64,000 nucleotides of DNA from Chrysomallon squamiferum (lineage: Eukaryota; Animalia; Mollusca), in assembly GCA_012295275.1 (NCBI GenBank), contig CM022670.1, forward strand, positions 10,478,001-10,542,000, in the 5' to 3' direction. The notes under the pieces are model-generated. The model did not search any database. It saw only the letters and a list, made by a program, of their open reading frames with translations, and had not been told where the DNA came from. The stretch's first letter is position 1, and every line of letters begins with the position of its first letter. The translations under genes and the position numbers were made by a program. This document shows positions 41,803-55,861 of this stretch, piece by piece.

Positions 41803-44775
41803 TATATATATATATAGACACACACACATAGGTAGATAGATGATATATAGATAGATAGAGACACATACACACATACATACATATTCACACGTTCAGTAAA
41901 TGTTTTATATATAAAACGTGGCGGTGAATATTGGGATAATGACGAGGATCTTCTTTTTTTTTATTCATTCATTCATTTATTCTTTAACTTTTGTTTTATT
42001 TTTTCATTTCATTCATTACTTGCTTTTTCTTCTTTCATCTCTTCTGTTTATTGCTTCCCATCTGCAATATGTTATTTTCAGTACCACTAAACAGTGGGGC
42101 TTTTTATCCTCTTAAAATATTGTCTTCAATGAGCCATTTCGCTTCTGTTTATTTTTGGTTCATCCCCTCTTTTTCCAATTGTGCAATTATTTAGTGTTTA
42201 TTTGTGGGTTTACTTTCAGTATCTTTGCTTTTGAGTCGTTATTACGTCTTTCAACAAAGACGCAAAATGGCCACAAAACGACAAGTTTACGACGGCTTTT
42301 CGATGGTGCATTATTCAACTTGCTTTGTTGGGAGGGTAGCTGCAGAATCGTGTATTAATGTAAATTGTCAAACTCTAGATCATGCAAATTGATGACCGAA
42401 AAACTGTTCACAGCATCTCACGGTAATTTCCCGTTAGAATTTTCACACAGTACACGCAATACCCATCGGCTTGAAAACAAATTCAACGATCGCAATAAAT
42501 CATCCCACTTTCTGACGGTCTTTCCACTCCTGGGAGATGTCGAGCCGCAAAGAAACCCATAAAATCATTTCATCACAAGATGTGGCCGCGTCCTCAAAGT
42601 GTACCCAACCTAGCGGAAGTCGTTTTGTCATCCATTTTAATGCAGTGTCGCAAACGGGCTCGTTTCGCTTTTGGCAAAGATCAATGGGCAAATAACTTTC
42701 ATCACAGTTATGGAGCGCAATATCAAAATGTGTACAGCTATTATAATAAATTTTCTTTATCTCGGCGTTGCCGGAGTGGCGCAGTAAATTACCGTCCTGG
42801 TTCCTCGATAATGGAGTTCTTGCCGTTCGACTAAAGACCTCCATCGCGGGTAGAAGCATTTCGCTAGCGAGCAAGATAAAGCAGACGTCGCTTTAGGGAT
42901 TACCATCAGACCAATGTGTAGAATATAATACGCGCAAATTGCATTGTTCTAATTTTGGCTTCCACACTTTGAATAGGGATGCAAATGTATCGGTATTTAT
43001 TTTCCATTTTGCTGGATCCTGAAAGCTGCGATCTTTTTAAATATTTTCATATTCAGATTTGTGTGGTTATTTTGTTTTCATCGCGAATGACTACATATTA
43101 TTTTGCTTAGTGGCTGTTTTCATTGTGCAAAAGAATATTTTTTATTTTACTTGTTATTATTTTTTTATTCAGTCTGTTTTGCTTGTTTGTTGTCGTTTAT
43201 TAATTTTTTGTATTGATTTTGTTATTGATGGTTTTTCTCATTTGTGTCCTTTGTTTCGTTTTATCATTTTTATTATCATCATCATCATCATTATAGGTTA
43301 TTTTTTACATTCATTTTACTTCATATTAATTTAGTTTTCAATTTTATTTTATTTTATTATATTTTATTTCATTTTAATTTTACGATACAATTCCTTCTCT
43401 AAATATTTAGAAGTCAGTACAAAATAAACAAAAAATAAAAAATTACTATTATTCTGACTAGCACTAATACTATCACCAACACTACTTATATAGCCACTAC
43501 TACTACTACTACTACTACTACTATTTTTACTTCAACCATTATAATCATGGTCATTATCATCATCATCTTTATTATTAACAGGGATATTTCAACATAAAAA
43601 ATTAGTATTTATCTTTCACTTTTGTATTTTTATCTGTCTTGTTTGCTTCATTTTATTTCATGAAAAATTATATTTTTACAATTACATTTATTATTTTGAG
43701 TGTCTGTAAGGGGGTATGAGTTATTTATTTTTGAAATCTATAACAATAAATATTATCTATCATTATTATTTTACTCACACTAGCACACATAACACTCAAA
43801 CACACACATATAAAGACATATACATACATATGCACAGATAAACGCACAAATGCATACACGTATGAAACTAGATATGATTGTTTCGGTTCTTTAGAGAGAG
43901 AAAGAAAAAACTACAAAAACGCATTTATTAAGCAAACCATGCAAAATGTCAAACAAAGTGCACAGAACCTTACATGAAATTGAATTAAAATAAATCCTAG
44001 GGTGTAAAAAGGGGAAAAATAAAGATTGATAAATTTGCTAGGGTTTCAATGCTGACAAGATCGATGCGAAAGTGTTGTCGTTAATTCTACTGGCAAACAA
44101 TCCTGAGAATCAAAACAGGATTAACACTTTGTGTTGCAAAGCATGATAAAATTTGAATGAATACTCGTCTTTTCATAGAGAAAATCTCGAAAAATGTCCA
44201 ATTATCGCAAATCAGGTGCATAAAATGTCAGACTCAGCACGCCAATTAGTCCCTGTGGATGAAGGGCCATCTATTTGCGCCAGTCAGTTCTATCAATTCC
44301 GATGATAAAGAATGCGAACCCGTAATCACGATTCTGCAGGAACAATCCCTTCACGTAAAATACTGTCATTGGCAACAGTTTCTGCTGACACCGGTTTTGA
44401 TATACGATGTGTGAGGTCTCTATTGCAAACCAGAAACAATATCGTTCAATAACAAGATGGCTTCTTGGTGTACATCGCCGCTAAAGTCGCTGCATTTTGA
44501 TGTACGCTGATGGTGTGTGATCTTTCCCAAGTGTAAACACTGCAATATAAAGCCAAGCTTCGTCTGTAATCAGAAGTGTCACATGTCAGACAGAATATAA
44601 AATATTTATGGCAAAAGCTCGGTTCCATTTAACGATAGAGTGTTCATAATTAAGTCTTGACATTTTGGGCTCTTCTGAAAGTCTCGATCATACCCAGATT
44701 GTTGTCGTATTTCCGACAAGGGTCTGGGTGCGACCGAGACTTCTTTTATATTTCGTGTATGTGAAGGAAGGTTTT

Positions 44776-44817
<42 letters not shown>

Positions 44818-47076
44818 AAATGTCTTCTATTTATTTAATATATTTTATTTAATATACTATATTGTAAATATTTGGTATTATTTGTATTTTTAATTTGATT
44901 TTATTTTTTATTCTTTTTTTTTTCTCTTTTTTTTTTCTTTTTTTTTTTTTCCCCCTTTATTTATATTATTAAATTAAATCTAAACAACTCCATAAAATAT
45001 ATTGCAATTTCGTTACTGTATTGACGACCCTCAGCACTAACAATGGCCTTTAAAAACTGGTTTCTGACATGATTCCACTGAAATGAACAGAAGTCTTTAT
45101 GGTTTTCAAAATAAGGAGACGTGCAGTTCTACACGTTCTCTGCACCTCAAAGCCACACACTTAACGTTGTTATACCAACTGTTGCCATCAGGTTTCGTCT
45201 TTGTGCAGAATAAAATAATTACTTGACTGGCCATTGTCAAAGAGGAAGCGAGTCCTTTGACAATAGACATGACTACATTGAAATAATTATTTCGTTTCGT
45301 ATTTTGCTGTTAAAATTAACTTTGCAAAGTTGAGAAAGAAGAGAAAAAAAATTAATTTCACTGCTTAATCCAATCTACTTCAAGCACTGATCATCTTGGA
45401 GAAATTCGCTTATCTTGTTTCGATTTCTCTTCTGTCCAGATAATAAGTTTAAAAATAAATGTTTAATAATGATCATTTTAATTAAACGCAAGTAGCTTAA
45501 ATGGCTATATGACGTACAGTATTCTGCATCCGTATGTTTCTCTCACACAGATATAAACCCATTTACACTAACTCATGCATAATCTTTTATACAAACATAC
45601 ATACATACAAACATACATATATTCATTCATGCATGCATACTCACACACACATTATGCATGTACATACTCGCACACACTCTTATCTGTCCTTTTTTTTCTT
45701 CTCTTTTTTTTTTTTTTTTTTTTTTTTTCTATCGAGTTTTTAGATCATTCCATTACACTGAGTTATCACTCGTCAAAAGTGTCTTTTTCCTGCTTAACCT
45801 TTACTAAATATTACTTCATTAGTCTGCCACACTTCTGATCAAAAGCCAGGATGAGTGTGTCGCCAGTTACCACGTATACCATTCTGCCTTCTGGACACTG
45901 TCATTGTTAAAGCAACGCGATAACGCAATAAATGGTACACTGCGAAATATCATTGCACATAGATGACACTGATTTGGCAAACAGGGTTGCTGCCAAATAG
46001 GAAAGTCGCCAAAATATCGATTTCACCGATACAGATGTGCGGTATATGGCACTAAATAATATCGATTTAGCCAAAAATAAGTAGATGAAGAAACACATAC
46101 TTCGTATGTATTGACTTTCTGTTAAGATACAAATGAAATGGAAATCTTGGTTAAAAATTAATGTTTCTGCATCAGTGTGTTTTGTACTTGTAGCTATCGA
46201 GACATACATACATATATATATATATAAACACACACATATTATATATATATATATACATACATTCGTACTTAAACATATGCGTGCGTACATGCATATATAT
46301 ATATACATTCAAAATGTTATATTAATAACACATTCATATACTAACAAACACATAGATACTCGTCTAAAAAAAAACCCCGGGGAACATGGGAATTAAAAAA
46401 TAAATTAACGTGACTGAAAATCACGTTTTGATGATAATATGATTTATTACTTTTCTCGACAGCGAAAACCCCACACTTGTTCGAAATGTTCAGAAAAATG
46501 GGGCGATGACCCAAACTGAAGAAGATAACTTTTCGAGTGTGAGAAAATTTCTGCTTGTGGGGAAAACCGTCATTGTTGCAATACATCAAGTACCGCATCA
46601 ATCTCGACCCAAGTTCCCATCTTGGCACGGACTTTAGAATTGCTGTTGGGTTTCAAATTTGCTTTTATTAAATGAAGTGAAAAGAAAAAAGTCTTCTATC
46701 TCTCGCTTTCATAAGGTTAAGTGGTGCTTGAACGCGCTCGGCTATTTCGTTCGGGCTTGCATCCTTTTTTCTAATCAGGATAAATTTCCTTCGTTACGTC
46801 CGTTACATTCTGCAATTTTAAAGATGGAAATGGCGATAGAGAAAGCAAAGTGGTTCAATCCAACATCAGCATGCCAGAACCAGGCAGCAATCTTGTCGAT
46901 AAACTCGCATCAGTTCGTCTCCCTGACAGATGTAATTAATGCAGATGCAATCGAAAAGACTGACAAGCGCCCTCTAACGGCCGTCTTCGATGAAGCTCGG
47001 TCGAGAGTGGACGGGTACATAAAAACGAGAAAATTACTTCTGTAATCAAAGATGGACGAAGCGATCCATTTTATCG

Positions 47077-47086
47077 GCGCATGCGC
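47077..47086. promoter_or_regulatory. NRF1/EWG palindrome
   Basis: GCGCATGCGC, an exact match to the NRF1 core, inside the CpG-rich island at 46440-47660. Confidence 0.4.
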
Positions 47087-48403
47087 GAACCGTCTCGGGG
47101 AAAGAAAAAAAAAAATATTCCACTATTAGACATTTTTGACAATAGGGCAATCAAGGCTGTCTGCTCCCATTCAAGCACATAATGGCAAAGAAAATTCTAG
47201 CGAGTGAAATTTCTATTCACTTTTCAGTACGGATTCCCGTTTGCTTCATTCTAATTGAACCTATTAAAGAAGACAAATTTGGTTAATAATGTTCCACTTT
47301 GCTTTTCCCCAGTTTCCATTCTGCCGAACATGGGTCATCTGTATTCATCGACGAGTCTATCAAATCATGCCATGATGGACAAACAAATTGGAATCATTAT
47401 TGTATGTTTGAAAAACATCAAACAAATTTAAGGTATTCAGAAGTGGGCGCGACGGTCAATATTACGTGCCGCTGAATAAAACTGGCATATACGACAACTT
47501 TAGATAAAACCGATCTTTCCCTCGGTCTTGGCGTTTCAAAGTAAAAAAAAGGTTATAGCTCGCACAGTACTTTGCATAAAACTAGTCTGGAGATCTCAGA
47601 CATTTTTAGCCGTATAATTATAATACGAGTTTAAAACGATTACTGGTTTGGAGCTGAATAATTTTCGTGTTTTAACACGATTATACAATTAGATTTAACA
47701 TATGTGCATCCAGCTTTTGCATTCACGTTCTGGATAATGAGTTAGGTTTTTAAATGTTTTTATTTCGTATACAGATTCTTAAAGCTATTTATTCTGCATG
47801 CACCGATGTTTACCAAAGTTTTAGAATACTTTTAACTTTGAAAATAATTACTGGGCTACTGAGGAATGTGCCATTAACATGTCTGAAAGAAAAAAAACTG
47901 AAAAGTAGCCTTAAATATAATCATCCCAGTGAAAAACAAATTAATCCTGTGTTCGTTGACTGTTGTGTTGTGTAGGGTTTTGTCGTGGCTTTCAACAACA
48001 AAGGTTTTTTTTTGTTTTAATCTGTATCTTTTATGAATTCAGTTTAGGCAAATACTGATTTTCAGATTATATTTTAGTTAAAGAAAATCACAGGAACACA
48101 CACACACACAGACGCGCACACACACACGCACAGAAACACATATAATGTGTGTATATAGTTTATAGCAATGCGTTAATCACCATAACATCTTGGAAAATAA
48201 CCATATTCTATTTCTTGGAAATTATTTTTCATGCTGCTATTGTCTTTGTTAAATAATGACGATGTCCTGAATTATTTATTGCTTTAGCTTTATATTTATG
48301 ACTTTTGTTAATCATCACAGTTACTGTTGTTAATTTTCTTCATCTGCATCTTCTTCGTCTGCTTGTTCTTCATCATCATCATCATCTTCTTCTTCTTCTT
48401 CTT

Positions 48404-48468
<65 letters not shown>

Positions 48469-49598
48469 AATTTTCTATTTACTTCTTCTGAGACAAGCAC
48501 ATACTTGACCAATAATAAACGTAATCAACATGGCTACGCTGATCAGATAAAAATACATTTAGCTCAGGAATCTAATTATCTTTCCTATAAAACATCCATA
48601 ATTTATTACATTTGTTGTGACCTGCAAGGAATTTGCTCACTGGTAAACGACAAATTCAATTTACGTTTCGTGCTAGTCAAGCAGATTACGGTTTCTACTG
48701 CAGTTTAACGTATTTTCAAAATACTCATCTTTTCGTGTTTATGTGGGTGAATTATTTTGTATGTCTTCTTTTAGACCCATTTGTATTCTGTTTTATTCTT
48801 TCCTATTATTATATTTTATCATCATCATCATTGTTGTTGTTGTGGTTTGTGAGTTTTTTTTGTCAGAACGAGTGATAGTTAAGTAGTTTGTTAAGTCGCC
48901 GAAAGTTCCAGACAACTGTTTTTTCAAAGCGTATGGTATGTGTTTTCCTGCTGTAGGTAAACAACAAATATATACAATATGTCTAAGATAATTATTATCT
49001 TTACATGTTATTACGTTCATTGTGATCCTGTTCATCATGCGATAAAGGCATTTTGTCCCTGTGCCTCTTCTCATAATTCCTGACTGAGAAAACCTGAAGA
49101 ATGTTGAAAACGAGGCCACGGACTGAGACTTTCTGTTTTGTTCTGCATTTGTGTCAAATAACAAATAAGACATGAATTTCTGGAAGAGCATAGTTACCGT
49201 ACAACAATACTTTTTAAACAAAACAAATTTTCATGTGAAAAAAGTTAAATAAATATTAAAATAGTACTTTTATCTTGTATCTAGATATATTCCGCTTAAT
49301 CTTTACAATTTTATAATTAATATTTTTTATGTGTTTTTTTTGTTTGTGAGTGGTTTCGTTTGTTTTTGTTTGTTGTTTATTTGTTGTTGTTTTTTTTTTT
49401 GTTTTTTGTTTGTTTTTTTGTGGGTTATTTGTGCTTTGAAAAAAAAAAGAACGAAAGAAAGAAAGAAAAATAGTCAACTTAAAAATAAGAAGGAAGAAAA
49501 AATGAGAAAAGAAAAGAGAGGTTAGACTTACAACATGGCGTCCATTCATACAAATATAGTTTAAACTTTCTCTTTTCTACATTTTCTTTGACTCTTAT

Positions 49599-49602
<4 letters not shown>

Positions 49603-49685
<83 letters not shown>
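49603..49685. repeat. (TC)n microsatellite
   Basis: Read directly from the sequence. Confidence 0.97.
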
Positions 49686-49691
<6 letters not shown>

Positions 49692-51204
49692 GTCACACAC
49701 ACAAAAATGCACAATTCCACGCACCAACATTCACCAATAAAATCTCTCGTAAAGTCCATCCACGCATTCCTTTCAAAACTACTAAAGATGATTTACAACA
49801 TTCTTCAGATGCCCTGAAAATGTCTATGGATTTTTTTTTATTTCATTTCGAATCTGACAATTTAAACAATCAGAACAATGCCTTAAACCGAACTGGCCAA
49901 GCTCTCTCTCTCCAAACACGTCTCTTTATCTTGTCCTGAAAACCATCGTGTCGGTTCTGTTCCCTCCGGGCACCGAGTCCAAAGCGTAAGGCGTTCTCCG
50001 GGATATCTCGCAAAGAAATCATTTATCGAGGACAACAAATCGCATTTGCTCGAAGCTTTGATTGAAATATTTTAGGTCCTAAGTCAATAAAGAAAAATTG
50101 AATTTCAGAATTTTCATCTTCCTTTCACTCGCGGGATGTAATTCGGGACTTGGTAACGCTGCTGGTGACAGTGGGTAACTCAGACGCAATGCTTGTCTGA
50201 GGTGATCAATGTCGAATTCTTGGTGCACAATCAATATGTCTGTGGTTACACTCCATATTAACTCCTTTTTTTTTTTTCGTTTTTCTTCCTAATTTTTTTT
50301 CTTGTATTATTGTGATCTTTGCTCCTACTCTTGTTCTTACTTTTTGTGTTATTTTGTTCTTCTTCCTAGATTCTTATTTGTATTTGTTTTATGTTAAATC
50401 TAGCTTGTATTATTTTCTAATTTATTCCTTTGATTTATTTTGTTCTTTCTTGTATAATCTGATCATTTATTAATATTTTTTTTCTCACCACAGTCGTTTT
50501 GAAGTTTCTTCTTCACTTTAGTTTTATCTTTCTTCTTGTTTCATTGATTTTCGTTTTGAATTTTATTATCGTTGTAACTCTTCTTTCGAGGCCCGCAAAA
50601 ATAACATATTCATGAAATTTTGTTACATGACATTAGGCTAAATAAGGTTTTGTTTATTTATTTATTTAATGAACAAAAAATAAATAATAATAAAAAAAAA
50701 TTAAAATAACAACATCTGACTTCTCTCGCCAAATAACTTCTTAAGAAAACACAATAATTTTTCATCTTTTCTGTCCATACACTACTGAGTTGCTGCGACT
50801 AAATTAAGTGACTTTTTTTTCTGTCTTCTCTTCTCTCGTTATTCGCCTTGTTCTTGTGCAAACCAACTACAAAAGACATTAAATCAGAGGAAATCAAACA
50901 ATATATTGCAGTCCGATTTTATGTATCTCTCGAGAACAGATCTGATGAGATACAGTCACCATTGTCGAATTTCATTACGGTCCGAACCGAGAGAAAATGG
51001 GATTAATTTCGAAAAATGTACCAAATGAATCTGCGTAATGGCGTTTGATTTGGTTAAATCTGTTTCATTTAAATCAAGTCTCTCTTTGATTTGCGTAAAC
51101 ACGTGTAAAGTTAACTGTTAAATACGCTCTTTAGCTGACTGGAAGTTAATGAACTCCGAACCATCTTTTACCCCCGCCGTCTAAAACAAATAGTAGCCGT
51201 CTTG

Positions 51205-51275
<71 letters not shown>

Positions 51276-52007
51276 ATTTATTTATTCATTATTTATATAT
51301 TATTTATTATATCTTATTTCTGTTTATTTATTTTTAATATTATTTTTTATTTCGTTTTGTTTACTGTTCTTCAGTGAAATTCATTATCTGTTTCTTTTCT
51401 TTATTATTATTATCTCGCTGTATTTTATTTATTTTATTTTACTTTACTAATTAAATTCAGTTCGTTGTAAGTGCTTTCCTTTCTGCGGTTACAAAATATA
51501 TTATGTCGTCTGCACCAGTATTTCAGAACTCGTCCCTGATATGTTCAAATTATTTTACTTTCAAGAGATTGAAAACTTAATTTGTACAGACATTTGTGGT
51601 TATTATTATAATAATAATAATAATTGTTGTTGTTGTTAATGATGATGATGATAAAGCAGTTGATGTATTATTGTTTGTTTCTTGCTTGTCCTTCTTCTTG
51701 TTTTATTGTCATAGATAATTATTATAATCATTTATTAATCAACATCAATGAAGAAGATGATGATGATAATAATAATAAAAGATTATGATATTAAGATATG
51801 ATATTTTTTTTGTTCTAAATGTTCATTTCCCTCTTCTTTATTTTTTCTCTTTTTTTATTTCTTGTTATTGTTGTTTTCTTTTTTGTTGTTTTTTGGTTAG
51901 GAGTTTTTGTTGTTTGTTGTTGTTTGATCCTTTGTTGGCGTTGTTCTTTTCGTTTCCTTTTTTTTTTTTTGTTTTTTGTTTTATTATTATTATCATCATT
52001 ATCATTA

Positions 52008-52050
<43 letters not shown>

Positions 52051-52410
52051 CATAAAGAAATGCTTTTGTCCTAGAAATGCAGCAGATGGGCGGCATGGTA
52101 ATTCGTTCTTAATATTGCTATTATCGTTTTAAATACCAAAGCGTTATCTAATACATCAATGTCAATCGAATCCATATCTTCACGTAGACAGAAATGTCAG
52201 CCTGATTAAGACCTTTCCAAATGACAAGCAAGAAAGAAGAAGAAAATAGGTTGTTATAATTATTTTCCTTCGTATGAGTCATTCTTCTTATGGTTTATTT
52301 ATATATTTTATGACGAGACAATAAGATTAATTTATCTTTTCAGTTAATCATGTTATTTTGTTTTCTTTCTATATTTCTTCGTTTGTTCGACATTTCGAAA
52401 GTAACTAAGT

Positions 52411-52513
52411 GTACTACTACTATTACTACTACTACTACTACTACTGCTACTACTATTACTACTACTATTACTACTATTACTATTACTACTATTACTACTA
52501 CTACTACTACTAC

Positions 52514-52561
<48 letters not shown>
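52411..52561. repeat. (TAC)/(TAT)n compound microsatellite
   Basis: Read directly; source of the poly-Y ORF. Confidence 0.97.
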
Positions 52562-52650
52562 CTCAATTGTGGGCAAATTGGTTTATTGTTTTGCCGTCAT
52601 TTAAATTATTATTATTTTTATTATTTTATATATATATAAATATTTAAATT

Positions 52651-52684
<34 letters not shown>

Positions 52685-53006
52685 TAGGTTTCCTTATCGC
52701 ATAATGAAAATTCTTTATATAATAATCTCTGAAATTTAAATGAATGTGACTATAATTTTGATATCCATCAATTCTATAGTTTGCAGATATCATGGCGCCT
52801 GATGTTGTCTATTAAACGAATTAGCTTCTACTAAATTTCTAAAAATTACTCTAACATTAACATTTCTGTGGGACAAAAAAAAAAAATTTTTGAGTAGTGA
52901 TGAATAATGGGATCATAATTATGTGTAATTGTATTATTACATAATAGCTTTGATTCAAAACGCATATTTTTTCAATTTATATATTGCTTTTTATTCTCCT
53001 TTTTAA

Positions 53007-53008
<2 letters not shown>

Positions 53009-53047
<39 letters not shown>

Positions 53048-53088
53048 GTGTGAGTATATATTGAAATATTTATCTCTGTATATGAAAT

Positions 53089-53175
<87 letters not shown>
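53009..53175. repeat. Inverted pair of (TC)n and (GA)n tracts
   Basis: (TC)n at 53009-53045 and (GA)n at 53094-53175, separated by about 48 nt. Confidence 0.9.
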
Positions 53176-53178
<3 letters not shown>

Positions 53179-55770
53179 AAATCACTGCGATTAAAAACAA
53201 AATCATGCAATGTCATATTAACTGATGATCTCATTATACCATCCACAGTAGATGAATAATAGTGCAATCATTTATAATCCTTTTTTTAAAATAATTTTTG
53301 GTGTGATTTCTTTTTCTACGCAAAGCAAAATATATCTCGAAAAATCTCATGTCTTCACTAAAATGATCTTCATTACAGAAGAAATTGAACAAGTCATAAA
53401 GAGCTATCAATGCCCAATGACGCCCACAGACTGTTTTTCGTGCTGGTTCAAATGTAACATTTGAACAATCTCAACAGTCTTCTGGTGACGCTAATGCAGG
53501 ATAAGTTGAGTCTCACGTGAGTCCTTTCAAATCCTACTAAATACCACAGGATAATTGCTTGTGAAGTATATGTGTTTATGTGCGAGCGTGCATGTGTATA
53601 CGAAGGTCTATATAATTTGGTTTATATATAATATGTGAACATTTAAAAGTACATGAAAATATATTTGTATATAAGTGTTCATGAAAACATGTATGTGTAT
53701 TTAGACAAATAATTACACGCATACACGTTCACGCGCACGCTCATTATTTATATGAAATGATGTATGTAGCCATAACCACATGTGTGTGCGTGTGTGTGTT
53801 TGTATGTGTTTGTTTTGTGTAAATGGAGGTACACACATTTATACATTTATATACATATATTTTTGCATGCCCTTGTAAATGTTTGAACAAAGTATCACAC
53901 ACACACACACACACAACAAACACACACAAAAAAAACACACACATACACGCACACACGCACACACACACACACACACACATATATATAAAATCATACAGTC
54001 ACTTTCCGGTACAAACAGAAATATTATCACTTTTTCTGCACGTAATTCTCTGCTGCATCACTTCCATTTTTACAACGAATTTTCGTAAAATACGATTCCA
54101 TCAACAGCGAAAATCAATTACCTTCTGATTATTTCGATATTTACACAGCAGATTTAAGTCATGCACCATTCATTGTGTTTAACTGCCCCCTGAACATCAA
54201 ACATTTACAAAAGTATTATAACTTTAATATCAGGAAAGCGTCTCTATGTATTTTTTTGTTTTTTTTTTTGTTTTGCGTTAAGCTGCACTGGCAGATTAGG
54301 AACAACTTAATTTCTCGTAGAATGCATTCTTCAAAGTCGCAGGGGAGTGACGGTGATGGAACTGAGGTGAAAATGCAATAAATCCGAGAAGACACGAGGT
54401 GATGTCATGACAAGACTTTTAAATTATTTTTTAATGGATAGATTTTTTAATTTTTTTATTTTTTATTTTTTTTTTTTTTAATTGTTACCACTCCATTATC
54501 TTCTTTTAACTCTTAGAGATTAAATTTAATTTAATTTTCTTTTCTATTCACTTTCTCATAAAAGGAACTGATAGTTTCAAGCGTACTGACCTTCGCTAGA
54601 GCTGAAAAGAAATAGACTGGTTCTCGTATCAGTCGGTGGCTGCATAAAAAATCGGTATATTTTAGTGGATGATAATTTCTCTTAATTTCATTTAAAAATA
54701 AATAAATAAATAAATAAATAGTGATATCTTAAATTACGTACAGGGACCCATGAATAATTAATAAATAATCCAAGTTAACATTAGGGTAGTACTGATTAGA
54801 AACACATAAAACTATATAAAAAATATGAAATTAAAACTCGCTTCAAATTACATTTTACTGTGATAAATAATAAAGGAAATTATATTTATCAACATCGTCA
54901 TCATATATAATAATCATCATAACCATCATCACCGTTATTATTTAACTTTTGCTACCTCTAAGTTAAAATGGCTTCAACTCGCAAAGGTCTCAAGCCACAG
55001 TTTGAAAAACAAAATCTTTTCAAAGACGTGTAGACTGGCGTCATTTGTATTTGATCTCTTTGCAAAAAGGCCAATAGAAGGAGACCTATGTGGCGAGCGT
55101 TGTTTGTTTTACAGAAATGTATAGTTTAGTATCAATGAATCAACTCGTATTAGCAGTGACAGGTTATAATATAAAGCTAGAGTTATGGAAATGGATTCAT
55201 TATGGAAGCGCCTAAATCAACATTAAGCTCCTACGTTTGAGCACATTAGTTGCCAAACTTAAGGATTTAATGTCGTTACCCACCTAAATCAAAACACCAC
55301 TTCAATTATTTTCAGATGGGTTATGATCTTAAATGTTTAGTACAAAAGAATGTGCGTTTAATGCATCGTATCAATAGCTTTTCGAAAGGTTAAAAAATAC
55401 TTTTAATCGAAAATTATTAGACTGTTTGACGGACTTATTTCTTTGTGATTTATTGTTCTCAAATCCGGTGCATAAAAAACAGTGTCAAACACTGAAAATA
55501 TTCACAAATCTGACTGTTAAATCCTACAACTGCCTTCACAGAAATGTTGAGGATTAAGTAGAATAAACGTGTAATACCTTAATTTTGTACTTTCTGAATT
55601 TTTAGTTTTACTTTATCTCTCGCTCAGTTTTTCTGTCTCTTGTTGTGTCTGTATAGCTATCTGCCTGTCCGACTGTTTGTCCATCTATTTATCTACAACT
55701 ATCAAAATACCCCTTTCTATCAATCCATCTATTTATCTATCCATCCATCCATCCATCCATCCATTTATCA

Positions 55771-55773
<3 letters not shown>

Positions 55774-55860
<87 letters not shown>
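55774..55860. repeat. (CT)n microsatellite
   Basis: Read directly from the sequence. Confidence 0.97.

Positions 55861-55861
<1 letters not shown>

Noticed and set aside
48793-49221. 142 aa minus-strand ORF (also 42500-42874, 27916-28176, 45907-46308)
   Set aside because: No recognisable homology or codon pattern, mostly non-ATG or repeat-derived ends, and no supporting splice structure.
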